64,000 nt of DNA from Candidatus Magasanikbacteria bacterium GW2011_GWA2_56_11 (GCA_001004885.1 LCRX01000014.1:1565-65564), one strand, 5' to 3'; positions 50,182 through 60,359 are shown, counted from the first letter of the stretch. Notes: generated by a model not told the origin, from the letters alone. Made by a program: numbers and translations.

Positions 50182-51489
50182 CTAGACCCTAGTCAAAGAA
50201 TCAAACTCGCGAGCCATTAATAACCCCCGCGCCAAGACCACCTCGCGGAGCGTTTTTCCCTCCGCCTGCGCCTGTTTCACCGCGGCGCTAACAGCGTCAT
50301 AACCCAGCCGCGGCGTCAGGAGCGTGGCGAGCGCGTTTGCGGCCTCGAGCCACCGGTGACAAGTCTGGGTGTTTGCCCGAAGAGTTTTAACGCATTTATC
50401 AGTAAACTGCCGCACCACCTCGGCAGTCGCCGTTAACGACTCCAACAGGCGATCGGCGATAATCGGGCCCATCACTCCCAACTCCAGCTGGGCGGCCTGC
50501 GCCGCCTGTTGAATGGTTTCATTGTTGCCGCTCAGCATAAAATACAGCTGATTTACGGCTTCGGGCAGCACCGGATTCACTTTGCCCGGCATAATGCTCG
50601 ACCCGGACTGCAGCGGCGAAAGCTCGATTTCGCCGAGCCCCCCGCGCGGGCCGCTGGCCAAAAGACGCAAATCATTCGCTATCCTGGACAGATCAATGCC
50701 GAGAGCTGTCAGACTTTGAGAAAGCATGACAAAATCCGTCTGGCTGCTGGTCTGGGCCATTAAATTCGGCGCCGGCTTGACTCTAAGCCCGGTGAGAGAA
50801 CGCAAATGTTTGTAAACTTCCCGGATATAACGCGGCGAGGCGTTCAGGGAATTACCGATCGCGGTTCCCCCCAGGTTCAATTCCAACAAAAAAGGCCGCA
50901 CCTCCTCGAGCCGCCGGATATCGCGCTCCACAGAAGCGGCATAGGCGGCGAATTCCGCGCCCAATGTTGTCGGCACCGCGTCCTGCAAATGCGTGCGGCC
51001 AAGTTTGCGCAAGTCCTTGTACTCCTTGGCCTTGTCCGCCAAAGCGGCGGCCAAGCCTCGCGACTCGAGCAGCACCGTGCCGAGCAAATTCAGGCCAGCT
51101 ATCCGCAGGGCCGAAGGATTAACGTCGTTGGTGGATTGGGATAAGTTGACGTGGTCGTTGGGATGCACCGCCGCTTTCCGCTTCAATATCTGCGTCGCCC
51201 GCCCGGCTATCACCTCGTTCACGTTCATGTTTATGGAAGTGCCGGCTCCGCCCTGGAGCGCGGGCAGAGAAAATTCATGGTCCAGCCGGCCGGAAATTAT
51301 TTCGTCCGCGGCTCGCGCTATAGAGCGCGCTACCAAAGACGGCAGCTTCCCCCCGGCCGCGTTCGCCAAAGCGGCGGCTTTTTTTATGACGGCCAAACTG
51401 GATATAAATTCCCGGTGTACGCTCCGCGTAGTAAAAGGAAAATTCCTTTTGGCGGCGGCCGTTTCCGGACCGCTGTACTTTGCCCTCAT
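50182..51489 (-). CDS. class II fumarase / aspartate ammonia-lyase family
   Basis: GSSIMPGKVNP signature. Confidence 0.8.
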   Translation of the reverse strand: MRAKYSGPETAAAKRNFPFTTRSVHREFISSLAVIKKAAALANAAGGKLPSLVARSIARAADEIISGRLDHEFSLPALQGGAGTSINMNVNEVIAGRATQILKRKAAVHPNDHVNLSQSTNDVNPSALRIAGLNLLGTVLLESRGLAAALADKAKEYKDLRKLGRTHLQDAVPTTLGAEFAAYAASVERDIRRLEEVRPFLLELNLGGTAIGNSLNASPRYIREVYKHLRSLTGLRVKPAPNLMAQTSSQTDFVMLSQSLTALGIDLSRIANDLRLLASGPRGGLGEIELSPLQSGSSIMPGKVNPVLPEAVNQLYFMLSGNNETIQQAAQAAQLELGVMGPIIADRLLESLTATAEVVRQFTDKCVKTLRANTQTCHRWLEAANALATLLTPRLGYDAVSAAVKQAQAEGKTLREVVLARGLLMAREFDSLTRV

Positions 51490-51495
51490 ACGACC

Positions 51496-52614
51496 CTATT
51501 TAATGTTAAACCATATCCGGTAAAGCCGAAGCGCGCACCACTCCTTGCACCGCTGCCAGCGGCCGCGCCGGCCCCACTTTTCCTCGTCCAGGGTGAGCGA
51601 ATCTTTCTGCCAGCCGGCGACAATGCGCTGCAGTTGGCGGACGAACCGCTTGTCCCTAACCTGCAGATTGGCTTCGTGATTGTAGTGAAAACTGGGGTAA
51701 TCGATGTTGCTGCTGCCGATCATAGCCCAGTCGTCGTCCATGATCACGCCCTTGCCGTGCATCATTTTCCGCAGCATATGCACATGCACGCCGTAGCGGC
51801 GCATGATAGCGAACCAGGCATAAGCGACGTAGGTCGCCAGGCGCAAATCGCTGCGCAGAGGTATGAGCAGATCCACCCGAATGCCGCGTTTTTTGGCGGC
51901 CCACAGCGCCCGCAGGAAAGACCGGTCCGGAAAATAATAGGGCGAAAATAATATTACGCGTTCGCGCGCCTTGCTCAGCGCTTCAATATATTTTTGTTTC
52001 ACGGTCGAGACCGCCAAATCCGGCCGGTCGCAGATCACGTCCGAGTACCGCTGCCGCACGCGAAAACTGTAACGCAAAAGATGTTTCACCGTTTCTTTGT
52101 CGCCGCCGCACAAAATGTAAGAGCGGGCAAAGGCGCGCAGCAGCGAACGCACCACCTGCCCCCGCACCTCCACTTGAATGTCAAGCCAGTCGCGCATGTA
52201 GTGGCCGACATTCACGCCGCCGATGTAGCCGGTGCGCTCGTCCACGATAAGCAGCTTGCGGTGCGTGCGCGAGGCGAACATACCCCACCAGACCAGCGAC
52301 CAGCGTTTGCGATCCTGGAAAAACCGGATATCCACGCCGCGGGAACGCAGTTCCTCCACGCGCCGCCGCGACAGTCCCAGGCTCCCCCAATAGTCCACGA
52401 TTAGCCGCACGCTCACCCCGGCCTGGGCTTTTTTTTCGAATAATTCAAAAAAACGCTTCCCGGCCAGATCGTCGAGAAGCATGTACACTTCCCAATAAAT
52501 CGAATGCTGCGCCCCGGCAATGGCGCGGTACATGGCCTCCCAGGCCTCGCTGGTGGTCGCGTAGATTTTGTAGGCGGAAACAGACATAAACAAACAACAA
52601 GCGGCCGATAACAA
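51496..52614 (-). CDS. cls: phospholipase D family / cardiolipin synthase
   Basis: Two HKD motifs (HRKLLIVD..., HGKGVIMDD...). Confidence 0.7.
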   Translation of the reverse strand: MLSAACCLFMSVSAYKIYATTSEAWEAMYRAIAGAQHSIYWEVYMLLDDLAGKRFFELFEKKAQAGVSVRLIVDYWGSLGLSRRRVEELRSRGVDIRFFQDRKRWSLVWWGMFASRTHRKLLIVDERTGYIGGVNVGHYMRDWLDIQVEVRGQVVRSLLRAFARSYILCGGDKETVKHLLRYSFRVRQRYSDVICDRPDLAVSTVKQKYIEALSKARERVILFSPYYFPDRSFLRALWAAKKRGIRVDLLIPLRSDLRLATYVAYAWFAIMRRYGVHVHMLRKMMHGKGVIMDDDWAMIGSSNIDYPSFHYNHEANLQVRDKRFVRQLQRIVAGWQKDSLTLDEEKWGRRGRWQRCKEWCALRLYRIWFNIK

Positions 52615-52700
52615 GGACCCGGTTATCTGCCGCCGGAAACTGACCCTATTTCACTCTATCCGGCCTTCTTGCTGGCGTCAAGCTGCCGGGCTACGCCCGA

Positions 52701-54332
52701 CTAAGCCAGACAGGCTCCGATAAAATCGCGGAATAACGGGTGCGGACGGAACGGCCGGGACTGAAATTCGGGGTGAAACTGCGTGCCGACGAAAAAAGGA
52801 TGTTCGGCGAGTTCGACTATCTCCACCAAATCAGATTCAGGGTTGATGCCCACCACCCGCAAACCGGCCGCATCTATCGCCTCGCGATATTCATTATTGA
52901 ATTCATAGCGGTGGCGGTGGCGCTCGGAAACCAAGTCCGCCCCGTAAGCCGCGTGCGTTTTGGTACCGCGGCGCAGGGCGCAGTCGTAAGCGCCCAGGCG
53001 CATAGTGCCGCCGTAACGATTGTTCCGGACGTTCGCCGCCTGGTTGGGGTTGATATGAATGACCGGTTCGGCGGTGTCGGGGCTGACCTCCACGGTATGG
53101 GCCGTTTTTTTGCCCAAAACGTGGCGCACGAACTCGATCGAAGCCAGCTGCATGCCATAGCACAAACCCAGGTAAGGCTTTTTCTCCTCGCGCGCGAACT
53201 TTATCGCCCGGATAATACCTTCAATGCCCCGGCTGCCGAAACCGCCCGGCACGATAAGGCCGTCATACCCGGCCAGTTCTTTAACCTTGGCCGGGTTAGC
53301 CTCATACCGCTCGGAGTCGATCCACTCGAGCACCGGCTTGGCCCGATGGTGCCAGGAAGCGTGTTTAATAGCCTCAATCACCGAATGATAGGAGTCGGCC
53401 AGGGTAAAATCGCCGGTGCCGAAGTATTTGCCGACGACCGCGATTTTAACTTCGCGCTCCGGCTGCAGGATACGGTGGACAAAGTCGTGCCACTTTTTCA
53501 TGTCCGTCTGCCGCCTCTTCATGCCGAGCACCTTGAGCAGCTTATTGCCCACGTCCTGCTCCTCGAGCTTCACCGGTATCTGGTATATAGACGGCACGTC
53601 CGGGGCGGAGATGCAATTCTCCCTGGATACCCCGCAAAAAACCGCCAGCTTTTCCAGCCGCGGCTTGTCGAGCTCCAGCCGGCCGCGCGCCACGATCATA
53701 TCCGCGTTGATGCCCACGCTGTTAAGCGCGCGCGAAGCGTGCTGCGTCGGCTTAGTCTTCATTTCGCCGATATGCGCCGGCACCGGCAAATAACTCACGA
53801 GTACAAAAGCCACGTCAGCCGGACTCTGCAGCTTCATCATGCGGGCCGCCTCCAAAAACAGCAGGTTCTCATACTCGCCGACCGTACCGCCGATCTCGAC
53901 AATGGTGATGTGCGCGTCGTGCCGCTTGGCCGCCTCGCGGATACGACGGATAATCTCCTCTGGAATATGCGGCACCACCTGCACGCACCGTCCTTTGTAC
54001 TTCATTTGCCGTTCGTTCTCGATCACTTTCAGGTATACCCGTCCGGTCGTCATGTAATTATTGGAGTCCAAGTCCGTGTCCAGAAACCGTTCGTAGTTGC
54101 CCATGTCCTGGTCGGTTTCGTCGCCGTCGTTGGTCACGAACACCTCGCCATGCTCGATCGGATTCATCGTGCCGGCGTCGACATTCACGTAAGGATCAGC
54201 CTTGAGCGCGGTAACCCGCAGTCCCTTGGCCTTGTAGATGGCGCCGAGCGAGGCCGAGGTTACTCCCTTGCCGACGCCCGAGAGGACGCCGCCGACGACG
54301 AAAATGAACTTACGCTGAATCGAGGCGGGCAT
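52701..54332 (-). CDS. pyrG: CTP synthase
   Basis: N-terminal synthetase GGVLSGVGKG, C-terminal GATase with GLCYGMQ catalytic Cys. Confidence 0.9.
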   Translation of the reverse strand: MPASIQRKFIFVVGGVLSGVGKGVTSASLGAIYKAKGLRVTALKADPYVNVDAGTMNPIEHGEVFVTNDGDETDQDMGNYERFLDTDLDSNNYMTTGRVYLKVIENERQMKYKGRCVQVVPHIPEEIIRRIREAAKRHDAHITIVEIGGTVGEYENLLFLEAARMMKLQSPADVAFVLVSYLPVPAHIGEMKTKPTQHASRALNSVGINADMIVARGRLELDKPRLEKLAVFCGVSRENCISAPDVPSIYQIPVKLEEQDVGNKLLKVLGMKRRQTDMKKWHDFVHRILQPEREVKIAVVGKYFGTGDFTLADSYHSVIEAIKHASWHHRAKPVLEWIDSERYEANPAKVKELAGYDGLIVPGGFGSRGIEGIIRAIKFAREEKKPYLGLCYGMQLASIEFVRHVLGKKTAHTVEVSPDTAEPVIHINPNQAANVRNNRYGGTMRLGAYDCALRRGTKTHAAYGADLVSERHRHRYEFNNEYREAIDAAGLRVVGINPESDLVEIVELAEHPFFVGTQFHPEFQSRPFRPHPLFRDFIGACLA

Positions 54333-54395
54333 AGATGGAAAGCGCTATTTAATTATCGCCGTTTTGTTAAAGACACTTTTGAACTGATACTAAGT

Positions 54396-54482
54396 TATTA
54401 GCAATTCTATTCTCTAAGTCGAGCCGAAACATAGACTGATTTTTACGGCCCCAATGTCTGAGCCTGCAAGAGCGAGTTGACT
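54396..54482 (-). repeat. palindromic repeat element, copy A (inverted relative to copies B and C)
   Basis: Reverse complement near-identical to 55049-55137. Confidence 0.8.
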
Positions 54483-54487
54483 TTGGA

Positions 54488-54934
54488 TTAGACTTCGGAG
54501 ACGATGACCGTAATTTCGGCCTCCAGTCCGTGGCCGAAGCGGATAGTTACCCGGTGCTCGCCCAGCGATTTGATCGGCTCGGACGAAGCAATCTGCCGCG
54601 GCGAAACCTGAATGCCGGCTTCGCGCTTGATAGCTTGGGCGATTTTGGCGCCGCTTAGGGCGGCATAAAGGGTACCTTCATGGTTGACCTTTTCTACCAG
54701 GTCAATTTCGACTCCATCAAGCCGGGCCGCGTCGCGCTGCAGATGCCGGAGTTCGGTCTCCATTCCCCGGCGCCGCCGATCCTCTTCGGCCTGGACATGG
54801 GCGACTGCCTGGTCCGTGGCCGCCGTCGCTAATTTACGGCTTAACAAAAAATTGCGGGCGAAACCGTCCGCCACTTCTTTCACTTCGCCTTTTTTCCCTG
54901 TCCCGGGCACGTCCTTGAGCAGGAGTACTTTCAT
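54488..54934 (-). CDS. rplI: 50S ribosomal protein L9
   Basis: MKVLLLKDV...[10 protein letters not shown]-terminal domain and L9 C-terminal domain. Confidence 0.8.
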   Translation of the reverse strand: MKVLLLKDVPGTGKKGEVKEVADGFARNFLLSRKLATAATDQAVAHVQAEEDRRRRGMETELRHLQRDAARLDGVEIDLVEKVNHEGTLYAALSGAKIAQAIKREAGIQVSPRQIASSEPIKSLGEHRVTIRFGHGLEAEITVIVSEV

Positions 54935-55014
54935 ACCTCGAAAGTATAACCAGGGGTTGAATTTTTGGCAAGGGACTGCTAGTATAGGGTCATCTAAAGA
55001 ACTCATGGCGAGCC

Positions 55015-55137
55015 CCCCTTCGCCTCAAACAGAGACTGGTTTTCACGGCTCCAAAACTCGCTCTTGCAGGCTCAGACATTGGGGCCGTAAAAATCAGTCT
55101 ATGTTTCGGCTCGACTTAGAGAATAGAATTGCTAATA
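55015..55137 (+). repeat. palindromic repeat element, copy B (~120 bp)
   Basis: Internal hairpin arms aaacagagactggttttcacggcccc / ggggccgtaaaaatcagtctctgttt; abuts era start. Confidence 0.8.
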
Positions 55138-55152
55138 ACTTAGTATCAGCAG

Positions 55153-55896
55153 ATGACGCGGGACATTATCCACGGAGTGATCAACACGCCCGAAGGCCAG
55201 GCCGTTATCATTGATACGCCGGGAATTTTCAAAGACCGAAAAAGTTCGTTGACCGCCAAGCTCATAAACAAGGCCAAGGAGGCCATCGCTGGCGTGGACG
55301 TGATAATTTATGTTGTCGACCCTACGCGGGAAATCGGCGCCGAGGAGCGCTACACATACGGGCTTATCCGGCACCTTGGCGTGCCAAAAATACTGGTCAT
55401 CAATAAAAGCGATTTGCCGAAAAATGAACGGCCGTTCCAGGCGGATTACGAAGCCTGGAGCGATAACTTTGACGCGGTTTTTTCCCTGTCGGCTCTGCGC
55501 GCGAGCCACATCAAGCCGCTTATTGATAAGCTCATCTCTCTTATGGCAGAGGGCGAGCCGCTCTACCCGCCCGAACAGCTGACCAACGTGAACAACTACT
55601 TCTGGGTAGCGGAAATCATCCGGGAAAAAGTCTTCTCCGTCTTCGACAAAGAAGTCCCCTACTCGATGACCGTTGAGACCGACAATATAGAAGACAAGTC
55701 GGATGTGATCGTTATTTCCGCGCGCATCCTCACCGACGAAGCGCGCTACAAAAAAATTATCATCGGCGCCCGCGGCGCCAAAATAAAAGAGATCGGCCAA
55801 CTGGCTCGACGCGAGTTGGAGCAGGCCCTGAACAAGAAGGTCTATCTGGAACTCGAGGTGGAGGTAGACAAGCACTGGGTGGAGCGGATGGAGTAG
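55153..55896 (+). CDS. era: GTPase Era, N-terminally truncated (G1 P-loop missing)
   Basis: Starts at G2/G3 region (IIDTPGIF), has NKSD G4 and C-terminal KH domain, but no GxxxxGKS. Upstream sequence is the repeat element with stops in all frames. Confidence 0.6.
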   Translation: MTRDIIHGVINTPEGQAVIIDTPGIFKDRKSSLTAKLINKAKEAIAGVDVIIYVVDPTREIGAEERYTYGLIRHLGVPKILVINKSDLPKNERPFQADYEAWSDNFDAVFSLSALRASHIKPLIDKLISLMAEGEPLYPPEQLTNVNNYFWVAEIIREKVFSVFDKEVPYSMTVETDNIEDKSDVIVISARILTDEARYKKIIIGARGAKIKEIGQLARRELEQALNKKVYLELEVEVDKHWVERME

Positions 55897-55971
55897 TCAA
55901 ATTGACAAAGGCAGACGGAGACTTTACACTACCTATACCTAATGAACTCATGCGCGAGTTTCCCCCCTTTC

Positions 55972-56092
55972 GCCTCAAACAGAGACTGGTTTTCACGGCC
56001 CCAAAACTCGCTCTTGCAGGCTCAGACATTGGGGCCGTAAAAATCAGTCTCTGTTTCGGCTCGACTTAGAGAAGAGAATTGCTAATAACGCA
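55972..56092 (+). repeat. palindromic repeat element, copy C
   Basis: ~95% identical to copy B over ~120 bp. Confidence 0.8.
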
Positions 56093-56122
56093 CTATCAGT
56101 TCAATTTTTAAAGGAGGGAAAT

Positions 56123-56374
56123 ATGAATGAAGATTTATTAATCCAGGAAGTGGTCAAGCTGCGGGAAAACGTAGACCAGATAAAAGAGAACATGCTAACC
56201 AAAACGGATAAGCCTGAAATCATGTCGGCCCTGGACGCGGTGATGAAGTCAAATCAAGATATTAAACAAGAATTGGTCTTTATCGGTTCGCATCTGGATC
56301 GACACGAAAAACGGCTGGACGACCACGAAGTCCCGATCGCCAAACTTCAACTGGACATCAATCCTGCGTGCTAA
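56123..56374 (+). CDS. small coiled-coil hypothetical protein
   Basis: SD AGGAGGG 7 nt upstream; 83 aa. Confidence 0.4.
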   Translation: MNEDLLIQEVVKLRENVDQIKENMLTKTDKPEIMSALDAVMKSNQDIKQELVFIGSHLDRHEKRLDDHEVPIAKLQLDINPAC

Positions 56375-56393
56375 TCCGCTCTGGCGTTGCCTT

Positions 56394-57095
56394 ATGGAGT
56401 TACCAAACCCGAACAGCGGCAAACGGCTCGAGATCACGGTCGAAGGCGCCACTTATGCCCGCTATCCGGTAAAGACTCATGTCGTCAAAACCGGCGACGA
56501 CCTGGCCGGAATTATAGAGCAGTACGCCGGCCCCCACCTCCGACCGGACGACCTGGTTTTTTTGAGTGAAAAAATCGTCGCCATATCCCAGGGGCGCTCT
56601 TACCCGATCAAGGACATCCACCCCACGAAACTGGCTACCTGGCTCTCGAAAAAAGTCCACCGCTCCCCTTACGGCATCGGCCTCGGCAGCCCCTGGACAA
56701 TGCAGCTGGCCTTGAAGGAAGTCGGCCATTTGCGCATCTTCCTGGCTATCCTCGCCTACCTGCTTACGCGCCCTTTTGGCCTCCGCGGAGCTTTTTACGT
56801 CGTCGCCGGCCGCACCGTGGCCGCTATCGACGGCCCCTGCGACTATACGCTGCCGCCGTACAATGAATACGCCAAACTGGGCCCGGCCAAGCCCCACGAA
56901 GTCGCGCGCGCTCTCAAGGAAAAAACCGGCCACGAGGTGGTGATTATAGATGCCAACGACCTGGGCGTGAACATCCTGGGAAAATCCGACAAAAACCTCG
57001 CCGACCGGGTGCTGGCGGCAATATTCCGGGATAATCCGCTCGGACAGACCAGCGAACAGACGCCGGTTTGCATCGTCCGAAAGTTAGCCGGTTAA
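56394..57095 (+). CDS. CofE-like F420-0:gamma-glutamyl ligase family protein
   Basis: GDDLAGII...DDLVFLSEKIVAISQGR and VVIIDANDLG motifs. Confidence 0.55.
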   Translation: MELPNPNSGKRLEITVEGATYARYPVKTHVVKTGDDLAGIIEQYAGPHLRPDDLVFLSEKIVAISQGRSYPIKDIHPTKLATWLSKKVHRSPYGIGLGSPWTMQLALKEVGHLRIFLAILAYLLTRPFGLRGAFYVVAGRTVAAIDGPCDYTLPPYNEYAKLGPAKPHEVARALKEKTGHEVVIIDANDLGVNILGKSDKNLADRVLAAIFRDNPLGQTSEQTPVCIVRKLAG

Positions 57096-57103
57096 TTTGT
57101 CTT

Positions 57104-57505
57104 ATGGATGATCAGCTGGCGAAACAGATAGAGGATTTGGAACTTTCTCTGCTCCGGCCCGAGGTACGCCGCTCGGCGAAAAAAATAAAAGAATTGCTCG
57201 CCGATGACTTTGTCGAATTCGGAATGTTCGGAAAGCAATATACCAAGCTGGATTTTGTGGAAACGTTGCCGAATTCCGAGGAAGAAAAATTTGAAAAATA
57301 CGACGCCTCCGACTTTGCCGCCCGCGAAATTGCGCCCGACACGGTACTTCTGACGTACGCGGCCACGATAGAATTTTTGAAAACAAACGAAAAAATTTTT
57401 ACTCTCCGCAGCTCAATTTGGCAAAAAAGGTCCGGCAAGTGGCAGATGATTTTCCATCAAGGAACGGTGATCCTAAAAGGCCAGGGCCGTCTTTACGCCC
57501 AATAG
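57104..57505 (+). CDS. DUF4440/SnoaL-like (NTF2 fold) protein
   Basis: ~134 aa, NTF2-like pattern. Confidence 0.4.
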   Translation: MDDQLAKQIEDLELSLLRPEVRRSAKKIKELLADDFVEFGMFGKQYTKLDFVETLPNSEEEKFEKYDASDFAAREIAPDTVLLTYAATIEFLKTNEKIFTLRSSIWQKRSGKWQMIFHQGTVILKGQGRLYAQ

Positions 57506-57522
57506 GAATTCAATCTTTTCTT

Positions 57523-57873
57523 ATGGTTACCAAACGTTTCCACACCATTTTCGACATGGAGTACTGCAATGAAAATATCAACAACCGCGCCAAAGTGCGG
57601 GAATTTGTCGAAAGGCTGGCCGCGGCCGTGGACATGAGCATCCTGGAAGGGCCGATCATCGCGGAGGGTATCGAGAAAAACCCCGGCCTGAGCGCACTCG
57701 TGATCGTGGACTTTTCCCACATCTCCATCCATACCTTTACCAAATACCAAGAAGCGCTGATAGACGTATTTTCCTGCAAGGAATACGACCGGGACAGCGT
57801 CCGGCACGTAGCCGAGGAATTTTTCTCTACCCCTCAGACCAGTATCCGGCAAAAAGAGGTTTGGTGGGGCTGA
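57523..57873 (+). CDS. speH: pyruvoyl-dependent S-adenosylmethionine decarboxylase proenzyme (SpeH-type)
   Basis: VIVDFSHISIHTF self-cleavage site region and IDVFSCKE pattern. Confidence 0.55.
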   Translation: MVTKRFHTIFDMEYCNENINNRAKVREFVERLAAAVDMSILEGPIIAEGIEKNPGLSALVIVDFSHISIHTFTKYQEALIDVFSCKEYDRDSVRHVAEEFFSTPQTSIRQKEVWWG

Positions 57874-57886
57874 CAAACCCATACCT

Positions 57887-58822
57887 ATGCGCGCCAAAAA
57901 TATCGTCGAGGTTACGGACTTTACTCCTGCCGAGTGGAAGCGGCTGATCGGCGAAACCGTTAAGTTCAAAAAAAACCGGCACCGCCAGCCAAAAGCGTTA
58001 AAAAATAAGCGCATCGGACTCATGTTCGACAGCAATTCGCTGCGCACCAAAATTTCTTTTGAAACTGCTTGTTATCTCCTGGGCGGCGACAGCTACTTCA
58101 TAGACATCCACAATGTCACGCACGAAAAAGACGGCGTCAAGCGGGAGACATTCGAGGATATTATAGACACCCTCGATCGGATGGTTGACGCTTACGTAGT
58201 GCGCGATTATTCCCGACAGATGCTCGACGTCCTCAAACGAAAGACCAATCCGCCTTTCATCAATGGTTTTTGTGAGATCGGCCACCCCAGCCAGGCGCTG
58301 GCGGACATGGCGGTAATCAAGTGGAAGAAGGGCACGGTCCAAGGCTTGAACTATGCCGGCGTCTGCCCCGAAGCCGGCAGCGGCGTGCTGGAATCATTTA
58401 TTTACGCCGTTCTTCTGTTGGGAGAACGGATAACCATTATTACTCCAAGCGGAAAATTGAAAGGTAAAAACAAAGATTTTGGCGCCACCGCCGCCCGGCT
58501 GTCCGAGAAGTACGGCGGATCGCTCCGGGTGACAAACGAAATCAAGGAAACGGTCATCGGGGCGGACGTGCTCTATGCGGACGAATGGTGGGAAAACACC
58601 AAAAATTTTCTCCGAAAAAAAATGGGGCGCTACCGCGTGGATGATCACTTTCTCGCCGGCAGTAAGCCAAATCTTTCGATCCTCCACTGCCTGCCGGCGC
58701 ACCCGGGACGCGAGATCACCGAGGCGGTAATGCGCGGACCGCAATCACTTATCTTTGACGAGGCGGAATTCCGCGTCTACTCGGCCATGAGCCTGCTCTC
58801 TTACCTGGCCGCCGGCCGCTAA
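57887..58822 (+). CDS. ornithine/putrescine carbamoyltransferase family protein
   Basis: SLRTK (STRTR-like), HPSQALAD, HCLPAH motifs. Confidence 0.7.
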   Translation: MRAKNIVEVTDFTPAEWKRLIGETVKFKKNRHRQPKALKNKRIGLMFDSNSLRTKISFETACYLLGGDSYFIDIHNVTHEKDGVKRETFEDIIDTLDRMVDAYVVRDYSRQMLDVLKRKTNPPFINGFCEIGHPSQALADMAVIKWKKGTVQGLNYAGVCPEAGSGVLESFIYAVLLLGERITIITPSGKLKGKNKDFGATAARLSEKYGGSLRVTNEIKETVIGADVLYADEWWENTKNFLRKKMGRYRVDDHFLAGSKPNLSILHCLPAHPGREITEAVMRGPQSLIFDEAEFRVYSAMSLLSYLAAGR

Positions 58823-58841
58823 ACCCAACCTTGAACCGACA

Positions 58842-58868
58842 TAAAAAGAGCCGTTCGGCTCTTTTTAT
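58842..58868. terminator. bidirectional rho-independent terminator
   Basis: AAAAAG-agagcc-gttc-ggctct-TTTTAT. Confidence 0.6.
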
Positions 58869-58878
58869 GTCCTTGTGT

Positions 58879-59370
58879 TCAAGAACTGCGGCGCCCCGGC
58901 CGCCGGCCGGACTTCTTCAAGATTGCCATCTCCACCGCCGACATACCCCAGCCATAGCCGTGATTCTGGTGATTATTGCCGGCGCGCGCCAGGGCTTGCT
59001 TTTCATTGAGGCAAGTAAGAACGCCGAACATAACCGGCACGCCAGTGTCCACGTTAAGCCGGGCGATGCCCTGCGTTACCGCCTCGGCAATGTACTCGAA
59101 ATGCATTGTCTCGCCCTTGATCAAACACCCCAGACAAATCACGACGTCCACCCGACCGTGTTTGATAATGTGGTAAGCCGCGTAGGTCAATTCGTACGCG
59201 CCCGGCACCTCGACGACGGTGATATTTTGCTCTTTCACTCCGCAGCTGTAAAGCGCCTCGCGGCAGCGGGCCAAAAGCGACGCGGTTATCTCTCCGTTCC
59301 AGCGGCTGACCGCGATGCCAATTCTCAATTTTTTTCCGTCAAGCGAAGAAAAACTAACGCCCTTGGCCAT
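58879..59370 (-). CDS. ribH: 6,7-dimethyl-8-ribityllumazine synthase
   Basis: Full-length lumazine synthase pattern (RIGIAVSRWN...VPVMFGVLT). Confidence 0.85.
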   Translation of the reverse strand: MAKGVSFSSLDGKKLRIGIAVSRWNGEITASLLARCREALYSCGVKEQNITVVEVPGAYELTYAAYHIIKHGRVDVVICLGCLIKGETMHFEYIAEAVTQGIARLNVDTGVPVMFGVLTCLNEKQALARAGNNHQNHGYGWGMSAVEMAILKKSGRRPGRRSS

Positions 59371-59402
59371 AAAAATATCGTTATTAACAAAAAACGACCT
59401 GT

Positions 59403-59993
59403 TTATACCTTGGCGGCCAACCTCTCCGCGTACTTGGCAATCATGTCCGCTTCCAAATTTACCCGGTCGCCGGGAACCAGGCGCCCCAAGGTAGTGCGCT
59501 CGATCGTATCCTGAACTAACGCCACGGTGAACAAGTCATCCGCGACCCGGGCCACGGTAAGACTAACGCCGTCCACCGCCACCGAACCTTGCGCGACCAG
59601 GTAGCGATCCAACCCGGCCGGCGGCTTTATAGCCACCAGATAACCCAAAGAGGCATCCACGGATACGACCGTGCCTGTTCCGTCAACATGTCCGTAAACA
59701 AAATGCCCGCCCAGCCGCTGCCCGAGGCTGAGCGACCTTTCCAGGTTGACCGCGTCCCCGGTCGTTTTTTGCCCCAGTGTGGTTTTATTCAGCGTCTCTG
59801 GCATAACCTCAAACTCGATCTTGCCGTCCGGCAGCGACCGACGCACAGACAAACAAACCCCGGCGACGGCGATGCTTTCACCCGGCACTATGTCTCTTAG
59901 CCCGCCCGGGGCCTCCAGAGTCAAAAACCGGGGTGCGGCCGGGGGATGAAAAGCGCAAACGCGTCCAACCGCTTCGATAATTCCGGTAAACAT
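59403..59993 (-). CDS. ribE: riboflavin synthase alpha subunit
   Basis: MFTGII start and duplicated lumazine-binding domains. Confidence 0.8.
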   Translation of the reverse strand: MFTGIIEAVGRVCAFHPPAAPRFLTLEAPGGLRDIVPGESIAVAGVCLSVRRSLPDGKIEFEVMPETLNKTTLGQKTTGDAVNLERSLSLGQRLGGHFVYGHVDGTGTVVSVDASLGYLVAIKPPAGLDRYLVAQGSVAVDGVSLTVARVADDLFTVALVQDTIERTTLGRLVPGDRVNLEADMIAKYAERLAAKV

Positions 59994-60002
59994 AGGCTGA
60001 TG

Positions 60003-60359
60003 CTACTTTCCGCGCTCGGCAAACAAATCCCGGATCAATACCAAATCGCTTTCGATTTTGTCGTGGAGCTCGCCGGGGGAATCATAGCTCTCGATTTCGC
60101 TGATTTTCTGAATCGGCTCCACCGCTACGCGGCTGCCGTAAAAATCCGCCCCGGAGTAGTTCATGAAGAACACTTCCACCTTCCACGGCTCGCTGTGAAT
60201 TACCAGCGCTGCCTGGTAAGTAGCGCGATTAAGCGTCGCCCAGGCAGCGTAAACCCCGGGGGGCAGAGGCACCTCCGACCGGCGCACATTCAGATTGGCC
60301 GTGGGAAACCCGGTGAGCTTGGCGGCGCCGTCGCCGCGGATAACAATGCTCGTGATCAT
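60003..60359 (-). CDS. riboflavin kinase domain protein
   Basis: GFPTANL motif; 118 aa, kinase domain only. Confidence 0.55.
   Translation of the reverse strand: MITSIVIRGDGAAKLTGFPTANLNVRRSEVPLPPGVYAAWATLNRATYQAALVIHSEPWKVEVFFMNYSGADFYGSRVAVEPIQKISEIESYDSPGELHDKIESDLVLIRDLFAERGK

Noticed and set aside
49745-50185. 146-aa ORF in the convergent intergenic region
   Set aside because: No start context, Pro/Arg-rich low-complexity translation, and overlap with predicted RNA hairpins.
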